Of a DNA stretch of 64,000 nucleotides, positions 48,702 to 58,045 are shown piece after piece. The first letter of the stretch is position 1. Each line of letters starts with the position of its first letter. The translations under genes and the position numbers were made by a program. The DNA comes from an uncultured Clostridia bacterium. Lineage in GTDB: Bacteria > Bacillota > Clostridia > TANB77 > CAG-508. The stretch spans positions 1,005 through 65,004 of the forward strand of contig CANQHC010000006.1 in the NCBI GenBank assembly GCA_947623595.1, given 5' to 3'. The notes below the pieces were generated by a model. It made no database searches, was not told where the DNA came from, and saw only the letters and a list, made by a program, of their open reading frames with translations.

Positions 48702-50288
48702 TTATATAAAAAGCTTTGTTTTTTTCTTTAATTTTACTGTTTGATTACTTTGTACTTCAAAAGAATTTTCTAATATATTTGTATCATAACATTCTACTAT
48801 CAATTTTCCATCTTCAACTTTGGTTTCAATAATTAAATGATTTAAGTCTATCATTTTACTTTCGAATATACTGCTGAGAATTTTTAAGTTTATTTCTTCG
48901 TTATCAGTAACCTCATCAATCACATACATCTTTTTAGCTTTTACTAATAATAGCTCTATAGTTTTGTTAAAAGGTTGTTTTAATTTTTCAATTTCTTTTA
49001 GAACAATTCCTTCTTGATTAAAAATTAGTAAATGATAATATCTTAATATATGAAAATATGACATTATTTCCTGTCTAGTTTGAGCCTTTGCTATTTTTAT
49101 CTGAAAACATGATAAAAATAGCAAACAAAGTTCTATTAATACATTAGCGTTTTCTTGTTTTTTCCCTACTAAATTTAATTCATTTAAAAATTCAGCATTT
49201 TTACTTATTTTATCTTTTCTGTCTATATAACCTTTTGGATCAATTAATATGTTATATTTTTTCATTTCATCAACATATTCTTGTCTTTCTATTTCTAGTT
49301 TGTTCACTAGATGCCTAATACTAAAAATTTTTTCTTTGTTAGGTAATTTTGCATTTCTTTGCTCATATTCTTTTGCTAATGCATCTGTATTATTTACTAT
49401 TTTATCTATTTTTTGTATTTTTTTTGTTATTTTTTTCTTTTCTTCTGTAACTTCTTCTAAGAAATTCTTCTTATCATTTAATTTTTCAAGTTCTTTATTA
49501 GTTTCCTTTTTTAAGTTTTCCCATTTATCTCGTTGTTCTTCATTTTGTTCTGTTACCATTTCTATTGATATTCTACATAATAACCTTATAAGCCTATCTG
49601 CTTTTTCTTGACCAAACTCTTCCTTTAATTTTTCATGTGCTAATGATAAATAATCAGCTAAATTACTATCATTTTCTATCCATTGTACAATAAAGTTATA
49701 ACCTAATAAATAAATAAAATTTTGAAAAGCTAAATTTAATCTTATATTTTTAATATCTTTAAGAATTATATCCCATGACCATCCATTAAAATCTCTAATA
49801 ATTTCTGCCTCATTCATTCTTTGACCTAAATTCAAAAAATAATCTATAGCTTCTTGTAATACCGTTTCTTCTTCTGGTAAACATATTGATTCTTCATCCA
49901 TTTCTAAAATAGCATTTAATGCTGTAAATTCGTTTCCTAATATTGTAATTTTCTTATTCTGTTTATCTATAATATAACCTTGTTCATTCTTTTCTGTTTT
50001 CTTTGCTTTTTTGGGTTCTTCATCTTCTATTAAGTAAGTATTTCCTATTTCTATTTCAGAACATTTATCTTCAATAATGCTAAGTAAACGTTCTAGGAAA
50101 TCGCCTTTGTCATAAACATCTTCTTTTGTTTTATGATAATCTGGATATGCATTTTCAATTTTATAAAACATACTTAAAAGAAGATTTTTAGTTTGTAAAG
50201 AAAAATTCTTTTTTTCTAAAATCTTTTCTAATTGATTTGTATAATCTTTTAAATGAATTTTATGCATTTTCTTTTCTTTCTTTTCCAT
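48702..50288 (-). CDS. Hypothetical K/E-rich coiled-coil protein
   Basis: 528-aa ORF with no recognisable motif, a central K/E-rich helical stretch and no TM helix. Confidence 0.5.
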   Translation of the reverse strand: MEKKEKKMHKIHLKDYTNQLEKILEKKNFSLQTKNLLLSMFYKIENAYPDYHKTKEDVYDKGDFLERLLSIIEDKCSEIEIGNTYLIEDEEPKKAKKTEKNEQGYIIDKQNKKITILGNEFTALNAILEMDEESICLPEEETVLQEAIDYFLNLGQRMNEAEIIRDFNGWSWDIILKDIKNIRLNLAFQNFIYLLGYNFIVQWIENDSNLADYLSLAHEKLKEEFGQEKADRLIRLLCRISIEMVTEQNEEQRDKWENLKKETNKELEKLNDKKNFLEEVTEEKKKITKKIQKIDKIVNNTDALAKEYEQRNAKLPNKEKIFSIRHLVNKLEIERQEYVDEMKKYNILIDPKGYIDRKDKISKNAEFLNELNLVGKKQENANVLIELCLLFLSCFQIKIAKAQTRQEIMSYFHILRYYHLLIFNQEGIVLKEIEKLKQPFNKTIELLLVKAKKMYVIDEVTDNEEINLKILSSIFESKMIDLNHLIIETKVEDGKLIVECYDTNILENSFEVQSNQTVKLKKKTKLFI

Positions 50289-50332
50289 AAAATTACCTTT
50301 TCATTCGTTTTTTTAATTTTCCAATATGTATT

Positions 50333-52843
50333 TTATTCTTCTTTTGGCTCTGTTGGCATCATTTTTAATTCCTGCCATCTTTCTTTTGACATTAATACTT
50401 CTCTTGGCTTACTTCCCTGATATCCTGAAATAATACCTCTTTCTTCCATTTGATCTATAATTCTACCCGCTCTTGCATAACCAACTTTAAATCTTCTTTG
50501 AATAAATGATGTTGATGCTTGCCTTGTTTCTATAACTACATCAATTGCTTCATTTAAAAATGGATCTGTTCCATCGTCATCTACTGATTGTTCGGCTTCT
50601 AGCTCTTTTTCTGTTTTGTTAGAATTTTCTATTTGTTCCATTATGTCTTCATTATATTTTACTTCACCATTTGCCTTAATAAAATCTACAATTTTTTCAA
50701 CTTCTTTATCTGAAACAAATGCTCCTTGTATTCTTGTAGGCTTTGGTGCGCCTGCTGGATAAAATAGCATATCACCCTTTCCCAATAATTTTTCTGCACC
50801 TGTCATATCTAGAATTGTTCTAGAATCTATTTGAGAAGATACAGCAAAAGAAATTCTAGATGGGATATTTGCTTTAATAATACCAGTAATAACATCAACT
50901 GATGGTCTTTGTGTTGCAATAACTAAATGCATTCCTGCTGCTCTTGCTTTTTGAGCTAAACGGCATATTGAATCTTCTACATCTTTTGAAGCAACCATCA
51001 TTAAATCTGCAAGCTCATCTATAATAATAACAATTTGAGGTAAAACTCCAGATTCCTCTTGTTTTGCGGTTTCATTATAACCTTTTAAATCTCTCACACC
51101 TTTACCTGCAAATAATTGATAACGATTTTCCATCTCTTGCACTGCCCATGCTAAAGCTCCAGCCGCCTTTTTTGGATCTGTAACAACTGGTATTAATAAA
51201 TGTGGTATTCCGTTATATACTGAAAGTTCAACTACTTTAGGGTCTACCATCAATAATTTTACTTCACTAGGCTTTGCCTTATAAATAATACTAGAAATTA
51301 ATGTATTTATACATACACTCTTACCAGAACCAGTAGCACCTGCAATTAATACGTGTGGCATTTTTGCGATGTCTGTTACAATAGGTTCTCCAGCAACATC
51401 TTTTCCTAGACCAAATGCCAACTTAGATTTATGCTCTTGAAAATTACTAGATTCAATAATTTCTCTAAAATGTACCATTTCATTTTCTTTGTTAGGTATT
51501 TCAATTCCAACAGCTTGCTTTCCAGGAATTGGAGCCTCTATACGAATGCTTTCTGCTGCTAAATTTAAAGCAATATCATCTGATAAATTTGCTATTTTAC
51601 TAACGCGAACTCCTTCTGCTGGTTTTAATTCATATCTTGTAATTGCTGGACCAACAGATACATTCTCTACCTTTGCTGAAACACCAAAGCTATATAACGT
51701 TTTTTGTAATTGAGTAGCCGTATCTGCTACATTCTTTTTACTGCCTTTATTTGCTCTTTTTTCTGGTTCACTTAATAATTGTACTGGTGGAAATTCATAA
51801 TTTTCATCTTCAATTGTTATAGTATGTTCTAGTTGTAAAACTTCTTTGGTTTTATCTTCCTTTTTTTGTTCTTCCTGTTTGAATAAGTTTGCTTCTAATA
51901 CATTTGGAGAAAATTGCTCTTTTTCTTCTTTTACTGTCATCTCTTTTTCTGGTTCTACTTCTCTCTTTGGTTCAACTTTTACAGGTGCTTCATCAGCCAT
52001 TAAATCTATTGTTTGCATTTTCGAAGTTTTTTTCTTGCCAAAGAATGGAATTTCTAATTCATCATCATCATGTTTATATTTTTGTGCATCATTTTCATCA
52101 TCATCTAAATCAATAGTTAGTTGGTTAGCAAATTGAGATGCCAATTTTTCTGCCTCTTCTTTCTCTCTTAAACGTTTCTCACGTTTTGTTTCTCTTCTCT
52201 CTGTTTCTATTGGCATAGCTCTTTTATTAGTTTCTTCAACATGTTGTTTACGTCTTCTTTCTTCTCTTGGTCTTACTTCTTCTCTCTCTTCTTCTCTTCG
52301 CTCTTCTAATGTATCTAAGAAATCACTTATCATTTCAGCTGGTCTAATTCCAAAAATAAATACCAAAAGAATAAATGAAACACCTACAGTACAAATTGCA
52401 GCTCCAGTTGACCCTAGCATATGAATAAGTGGTACTGCAATAAGTCCTCCTATAACTCCTCCACCTTGATCTCTTGTACCTGCATCATATGATAGATCTA
52501 ATATTTCAGAGAATTCTTGTTCTATAGAAATATTTCCCTTGCTAATTTGAAAAATGCTTAACAAGGCTGCAATACAAACAAGAAAAAAAACATATTGCAT
52601 CAATTTGTGTGTAAGATATTCCTTGTCATTATGGGTCATATATATAGCAATTAAAAGCATACCTATAGGTATAACATATTTTATAAATCCCATAAGTCCA
52701 CCTAACATTGGGCTAAGTGCTTCTCCAAGACTTCCTGACTTTGTATATATCAAAATCATAAGCAAAATACTAAGCAGTACTAAAACAACTACTGCTACAT
52801 TTATATCTATTTTATTCTTTTTCTTCTTACTTCTTTTTGCCAA
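50333..52843 (-). CDS. ftsK: DNA translocase FtsK/SpoIIIE
   Basis: N-terminal TM helices, a charged linker, a motor with ..[11 protein letters not shown].. and ..[11 protein letters not shown].., and a gamma winged helix ..[23 protein letters not shown]... Confidence 0.95.
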   Translation of the reverse strand: MAKRSKKKKNKIDINVAVVVLVLLSILLMILIYTKSGSLGEALSPMLGGLMGFIKYVIPIGMLLIAIYMTHNDKEYLTHKLMQYVFFLVCIAALLSIFQISKGNISIEQEFSEILDLSYDAGTRDQGGGVIGGLIAVPLIHMLGSTGAAICTVGVSFILLVFIFGIRPAEMISDFLDTLEERREEEREEVRPREERRRKQHVEETNKRAMPIETERRETKREKRLREKEEAEKLASQFANQLTIDLDDDENDAQKYKHDDDELEIPFFGKKKTSKMQTIDLMADEAPVKVEPKREVEPEKEMTVKEEKEQFSPNVLEANLFKQEEQKKEDKTKEVLQLEHTITIEDENYEFPPVQLLSEPEKRANKGSKKNVADTATQLQKTLYSFGVSAKVENVSVGPAITRYELKPAEGVRVSKIANLSDDIALNLAAESIRIEAPIPGKQAVGIEIPNKENEMVHFREIIESSNFQEHKSKLAFGLGKDVAGEPIVTDIAKMPHVLIAGATGSGKSVCINTLISSIIYKAKPSEVKLLMVDPKVVELSVYNGIPHLLIPVVTDPKKAAGALAWAVQEMENRYQLFAGKGVRDLKGYNETAKQEESGVLPQIVIIIDELADLMMVASKDVEDSICRLAQKARAAGMHLVIATQRPSVDVITGIIKANIPSRISFAVSSQIDSRTILDMTGAEKLLGKGDMLFYPAGAPKPTRIQGAFVSDKEVEKIVDFIKANGEVKYNEDIMEQIENSNKTEKELEAEQSVDDDGTDPFLNEAIDVVIETRQASTSFIQRRFKVGYARAGRIIDQMEERGIISGYQGSKPREVLMSKERWQELKMMPTEPKEE

Positions 52844-52953
52844 AATAATTCCTCCTCACAATCACTTATGTGGTATTTTTATGCGCAAATTAAAAGTCAG
52901 TGGTTTCGGAAATCCCATTTTTTTGACCTCCGACCACTGACTTCCCGAAAACA

Positions 52954-53391
52954 TTATTGTAATTCTCTTCTATTTTCTTGTATAATTTTAAGTGCATCTT
53001 GTAATGCAGTTTCTATTCCACTTAAAACACCATCTGCATAATCTTTTGTTCCTTTGGAAATTTCTCGTGACATTTCATTAGCTGTTTCTATAATTTCTAC
53101 TTTCTTTTCATATGCTTTTCTTGTAATTTCATGTTCATCTATCATTGAAATAATTCTATTTTCTGCTTCTTTGATTATTTCATCAGCTTCATTTTGAGCT
53201 TCAACTAAAATTCTTTGTCTTTCTTCTTTTACCCATTTTGCTTGTTTTAATTCTTCTGGTAATTTTAATCTAATTTCTTTAATAATATCTAATATTTCTT
53301 CTTTGTCAACTACACATTTACCTGAAAAAGGCACACTTCTGCTTTTTTCTAACATATCTTCTAATGTTTCTAATAAGGTGAATATTTCCAT
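52954..53391 (-). CDS. Coiled-coil protein (ATPase subunit H/b-like)
   Basis: MEIFTLLETLEDMLEKSRSVPFSGKCVV.. followed by a long charged helix. Start at the ATG at 53391, after GGTGGAAAGGGG. Functional call is weak. Confidence 0.45.
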   Translation of the reverse strand: MEIFTLLETLEDMLEKSRSVPFSGKCVVDKEEILDIIKEIRLKLPEELKQAKWVKEERQRILVEAQNEADEIIKEAENRIISMIDEHEITRKAYEKKVEIIETANEMSREISKGTKDYADGVLSGIETALQDALKIIQENRRELQ

Positions 53392-53419
53392 TGTTTTACC
53401 CCTTTCCACCTACAAAGCA

Positions 53420-53992
53420 CTATTTTTTATAGTTACTTTTATCTGCTAAGAATATAAGACTTACTCTACCGTACTTTCTTATATCATAAACATCTATGTC
53501 CAATTCTCTTAATTCGAGTAATTCTCGTTTCTCATCATCGGTTTCTATGATTAGGTTTCCTTCTTCTTTTAGTAAATTTAGTGACAAAATTCTACTTACT
53601 GAGTTAACTGCAATATCAGCAGCATACGGAGGATCAATATACACAAAATCAAACTTGATATTTTGATTTGCCAAAATTTCTAATGCCTTTTTATAATCTT
53701 TTCCTATAATAACCGCATCTTTTTCTAACTTCGTTTTTTCTAAATTTTCATATATCATTTTTATAGCAGAATAATTTTTCTCACAAAGATATGCCTTTTG
53801 TGCTCCTCTGCTTAAAAATTCTATTGCAATAGCACCACTACCTGAAAATAAATCTAATATGGTAGCATTTGCTATTTTTGATTGTATAATATTAAACAAA
53901 GACTCTTTTACTCTATCTAAGGTTGGTCTAGTTGAAATATTATCAATCGAATTCAATTTTGTTCCTCTTGCGGTTCCACTAATTACTCTCAT
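53420..53992 (-). CDS. rsmD: 16S rRNA (guanine966-N2)-methyltransferase
   Basis: MRVISGTARGTKLNS..STRPTLDRVKESLFNII.. ..LDLFSGSGAIAIEFLSRGA.. ..YIDPPY. Confidence 0.9.
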   Translation of the reverse strand: MRVISGTARGTKLNSIDNISTRPTLDRVKESLFNIIQSKIANATILDLFSGSGAIAIEFLSRGAQKAYLCEKNYSAIKMIYENLEKTKLEKDAVIIGKDYKKALEILANQNIKFDFVYIDPPYAADIAVNSVSRILSLNLLKEEGNLIIETDDEKRELLELRELDIDVYDIRKYGRVSLIFLADKSNYKK

Positions 53993-54201
53993 AGTCCCTC
54001 TATATGATATACATCTATTTTATAGATTTCTGCTAATATGTCAATATCTTTTACGCAAATGTAATATTATCTTAACTTGTCTGTAACAATGTTAATATTT
54101 CTGTAATATACATGGTTATTATATAGCAACTTAAATTAATTGTAAATACTTCTGGATAAAAAAATAATAAGTTCTCATATATTATAAGAACTTATTTTAT
54201 A

Positions 54202-54651
54202 TTATTCTTTATTAACATCTTTTAATAATTCTAACTGAGATATTAAAAGTGATTCCATTTTAGCTTTATAAACATCAAATTGTTTTTGTAAATCTTCCAT
54301 TTCTTTTTTCTTAAGTAATAATTCTTGTTCTAATTCGGCTATTGCCTTTTTAGCATCTGCCTGGGCTTCTGTAATTATTTGCTCTGCTTGTTGCTTTGCT
54401 AAACTTCTTACATCTTCTGCTGCTGATTGTGCCATAACCAATGTATTTTGTAAAGTGCCTTCTATATTCTTATACCTACCTAAACTATCTTCTAATTCAC
54501 CTAATTTTGTTCTAGAATCTGCAACCTCTTTGTATAACTTTTCATAGTCTTTAGTTAGCTCATCTAAAAAATCATCAACTTCTTCTACACTATAGCCGTT
54601 CATCATTTGTTTTGAAAATTTCTTATTTTCTATATCCAAAGGTGTAAGCAT
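54202..54651 (-). CDS. divIVA: DivIVA-family cell-division protein
   Basis: MLTPLDIENKKFSKQMMNGYSVEEVDDFLDELTKDYE.. followed by a coiled coil. Confidence 0.88.
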   Translation of the reverse strand: MLTPLDIENKKFSKQMMNGYSVEEVDDFLDELTKDYEKLYKEVADSRTKLGELEDSLGRYKNIEGTLQNTLVMAQSAAEDVRSLAKQQAEQIITEAQADAKKAIAELEQELLLKKKEMEDLQKQFDVYKAKMESLLISQLELLKDVNKE

Positions 54652-54710
54652 AACTTTTCCTCCTATATTACGAATTCACAAAACAAATTACTTTCATAGA
54701 AGTAATTCGT

Positions 54711-55196
54711 TTAGTTTCCATTTCTTAACCATGAAACAGATAATTTATTTTTTATTTCATCTCTTGCAATTTCATTTTCAATGTCATAATTAAATGGTGC
54801 AATTAATACAATAGAATTAGAAATTTTTTGCATATGTCCATCAAGTGCATGAACTGCTCCAGAAACAACATCAATAATTCTTCTTGCAACATCTTTATTA
54901 ACATATTCAAGATTTACAATAACTGATCTTTTTTGTTTTAGTAAATCGCATATATTTGCAGCTTGTTCAAATGTTGTTGGCTGAGAAATTACCATTCTAA
55001 CTTGTTGTACTTGTGGCATATTTACCACTTTACTATTGTTTCTTCTTCCCCAACCTCTTCTTTCATCTTGCTCTTCATCTTCATTTTCTATTTCATCGAC
55101 TTCGTATCCTCCATCGAATTCATCATCTTCTTCTCTATTTTCTGCAGTATCCATTCCAAATAGTCCCCAAACTTTTTCCATAATAGCTCCTGCCAT
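54711..55196 (-). CDS. sepF: Cell division protein SepF
   Basis: ..VRMVISQPTTFEQAANICDLLKQKRSVIVNLEYVNKDVARRIIDVVSGAVHALDGHMQKISNSIVLIAP... Start is the ATG at 55196 or the GTG at 55202. Confidence 0.88.
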   Translation of the reverse strand: MAGAIMEKVWGLFGMDTAENREEDDEFDGGYEVDEIENEDEEQDERRGWGRRNNSKVVNMPQVQQVRMVISQPTTFEQAANICDLLKQKRSVIVNLEYVNKDVARRIIDVVSGAVHALDGHMQKISNSIVLIAPFNYDIENEIARDEIKNKLSVSWLRNGN

Positions 55197-55330
55197 TTTC
55201 ACACAACCTCCTAATAAATATTTGTCTTTCGTTTTATTTGTATTTAGTATCTAACTTTTTAATCTTATTGTCAATACTTTTTTTGTTTGTAATTATAATT
55301 TAACATTGTTGTAATGTTTTTGTAATATTT

Positions 55331-56620
55331 CTATGTCGGTTTTTTTAGTATTTCGTCATATAATGTTAAAGTTTTGATTTTTTTACTTTCTTCAGCAGAA
55401 AAGCCCAATTCTTCTATTTCTTGTCTTGTATAATTTTCTACTATAGAATATTTATCGTTATTTCTTAACACTTTTATCCAAATTTTATCTTGATAGTCAG
55501 CTCTTATTCTAATAACATAATTTAATGTTTTTTCTCCTATTACTTCTGTTCCAATTGCATCATTTGGTACCTTTTTTCCACTGTCACTCCACCAAATAAT
55601 ATCAAATGATATTTTTCGATAACTTGTTAAATTTTGAACTTGCTTATCTATTTGAAAAACTAGTAAAACATTATCTTCTTCTTGGGAACGATATACAATC
55701 TCACTAGTAACTTCTGTATCATTTGGCAATCTAAGCTTTACCGTATCTCCAACTTCAGCTTGCTCTGCCTGCGTAGAGTTCAAGCTACAAGCAATATAAC
55801 ATTCAAAATTATTAATAATTTTTGCTTCTTCTTTGCTGTCTACAATTACTTGACCAGTTTTTAAATTCAAACCTTCTAAAAACTCTGTATTTATTTTGCT
55901 AAAATCTGTTGGTGCAAGAATTTCTTCATATCCATCTACCTTGTAAGAAACTACCCCACTAATTGGTGCTTTTAAATATTCTGCTCCTTCATTTAACTCA
56001 TTTTCATATTTGCTTCTTTCATTTATTAGTTTTTTTAAATATGATCCTGATGGACTTAGTTCTCCTGCAATTTTTGCTTTTTTAGTAATATTACTTGATA
56101 TTTCTTGTTTAATTTCTTTTATATTTTGCAAATTATTTTCTTGATATAAAGAGTTGATTTGTGTTTCTATTTGTTTTTCCAGTGCTTTTATATCGCTATT
56201 AGGAAGTTGCTCTTCATCTGACATAGCTTCATCTATTTTTTTATCTAGATCTTGAATTTTCTTTATTAAATTATTTTCTCCGTTTGTATAATATCGAAAA
56301 ATTGCTTCTTTTTTGGCTACTCTTTCACCTTCTGATTTAATTTGTTCCATACCATTTTTATAATTAGAACCTTTTACAAGAGTTTCTTCTCTCATTATAT
56401 ATCCAATTGCTCTTTCCTCTTGATAAATTTTGCCTTGTTCTACACTAAAAATATCTGTAGGATTTTGGATAAATATAACCACTTTGTAGATGCAGAAAAT
56501 AACTAGTAAAAGCAACAAAAAAAATATTATAAAAAAAGGTTTGAAATTTGTTAAATTTTTCAATTTAACTTGCTGAGCTTTATTTTTTCTTTGCGCTACT
56601 ACTTTCTTTTTATTTTCCAC
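55331..56620 (-). CDS. Membrane-anchored coiled-coil protein, HlyD/membrane-fusion-like
   Basis: N-terminal TM helix, a long coiled coil, and ..LKAPISGVVSYKVDGYE.. (barrel-sandwich-like). Confidence 0.45.
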   Translation of the reverse strand: MENKKKVVAQRKNKAQQVKLKNLTNFKPFFIIFFLLLLLVIFCIYKVVIFIQNPTDIFSVEQGKIYQEERAIGYIMREETLVKGSNYKNGMEQIKSEGERVAKKEAIFRYYTNGENNLIKKIQDLDKKIDEAMSDEEQLPNSDIKALEKQIETQINSLYQENNLQNIKEIKQEISSNITKKAKIAGELSPSGSYLKKLINERSKYENELNEGAEYLKAPISGVVSYKVDGYEEILAPTDFSKINTEFLEGLNLKTGQVIVDSKEEAKIINNFECYIACSLNSTQAEQAEVGDTVKLRLPNDTEVTSEIVYRSQEEDNVLLVFQIDKQVQNLTSYRKISFDIIWWSDSGKKVPNDAIGTEVIGEKTLNYVIRIRADYQDKIWIKVLRNNDKYSIVENYTRQEIEELGFSAEESKKIKTLTLYDEILKKPT

Positions 56621-57539
56621 TGTATTCCTCCAAAATAAATTGTATATTTTCTTGAATAGGTGCTAAACCATCTATCCATTTTATCGTTTTATCTTTTCGA
56701 AACCAAGTAAGTTGCCTTTTGGCATATCTCCTTGTTTCCATTTTTAGTTTTTCTATCATTTCTTCTTTTGTACATTCACCACTTAAATATGTAACAACTT
56801 CTTTATACCCAAGCCCTTGCATTGCTGTTGGAAATTCTTCGTATTTTTGTAGAAGTTCTTTTACCTCTTCTATAAGCCCTTGCTCTATCATTTTATCGAC
56901 TCTCTGGTTTATACGTTCATAAAGCTTTTGCCTATCCATATTAATAGCAAAAACTATGTAATTATATGGTGGCGGATTTTTCTTAGATTCGACTTCTAAT
57001 TGTGTTTTAGTTTTCCCTGTTTGATGATAAATTTCAAGAACTCTCATAATTCTTTTTTTGTCATTGGCACTAATTGTTTTCATTGCTTCCATATCAACTT
57101 TTTGTGCTTCTTCATAAAGTTTATCTAAACCTTCTTTTTCAGCTCTTGTTTCTAACATTTTTCTATATTTTAGGTCAATTTCTATTGTAGGATAACAAAT
57201 ATTTTGTGTCAAGCTATCTACATATAAACCTGTTCCTCCTACAACAATCGGTACTTTTCCACTATTTAAAATTGTTTTTATTGCATCTAAGGCCTGCTTT
57301 TGAAATTCTGCCACACTATACCTTTGATTTGGTTCTATAAAATCTAATAAATAATGTTTTATCCCTTGCATTTCTTCTTTTGTTGGCTTCGCAGTTCCAA
57401 TATTCATATCTTTATATATTTGCATAGAATCACAAGAAATAATTTCTCCTTGCATTTTTTTTGCCAATTCTATGGACAAACCGGTTTTTCCAGATGCTGT
57501 TGGACCACATATCACAATTACCTTCGGCTTATGTTCCAT
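56610..57539 (-). CDS. miaA: tRNA dimethylallyltransferase
   Basis: ..VIVICGPTASGKTGLSIELAK..EIISCDSMQIYKDMNIGTAKPT... Confidence 0.95.
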   Translation of the reverse strand: MEHKPKVIVICGPTASGKTGLSIELAKKMQGEIISCDSMQIYKDMNIGTAKPTKEEMQGIKHYLLDFIEPNQRYSVAEFQKQALDAIKTILNSGKVPIVVGGTGLYVDSLTQNICYPTIEIDLKYRKMLETRAEKEGLDKLYEEAQKVDMEAMKTISANDKKRIMRVLEIYHQTGKTKTQLEVESKKNPPPYNYIVFAINMDRQKLYERINQRVDKMIEQGLIEEVKELLQKYEEFPTAMQGLGYKEVVTYLSGECTKEEMIEKLKMETRRYAKRQLTWFRKDKTIKWIDGLAPIQENIQFILEEYSGK

Positions 57540-57588
57540 ATTATTTCATTCCTTTCTTAAGGTAGATAAAAATTATTGTTACAAGCTT

Positions 57589-58017
57589 TTAGCTTCTTGC
57601 TTGTATCATACTTAAAATTCCATTTTGAATATCTTTAAAATAAAAATATTCTATTAATAGTAAAATAACTAACAACACACCTAATATGATACAACGTTTT
57701 TTAAATGTTTCTTTTTTTAAATTTCCCTGTTTTAATTGACGATATGAAATTGCTAAAAATGGTAAAATCAATAATCCATTTACAGGTACAAATGCAAAAG
57801 TAATTAAATTCTGTGCTGTACCTGCAATTTCTCCTAGTTCAATACCACTAGTGCTTATCCAATAAACTCCTGTCACCATTACGTAAAGAAGTGCAAACCC
57901 AACTGCTATCGCAATTATTTTATCTTTCTTTTCTAATTCACTACCTAAGAATTTGTATGTAAGTAACATTGTAACTACATTTAATACTAAAATACAAGCA
58001 TAAATAAATAACTTCAT
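57589..58017 (-). CDS. Four-TM membrane protein, unknown function
   Basis: 142-aa hydrophobic ORF between mutL and miaA. Confidence 0.5.
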   Translation of the reverse strand: MKLFIYACILVLNVVTMLLTYKFLGSELEKKDKIIAIAVGFALLYVMVTGVYWISTSGIELGEIAGTAQNLITFAFVPVNGLLILPFLAISYRQLKQGNLKKETFKKRCIILGVLLVILLLIEYFYFKDIQNGILSMIQARS

Positions 58018-58045
58018 TATTTTTCTCCTTTTTATGTTTTAACTA

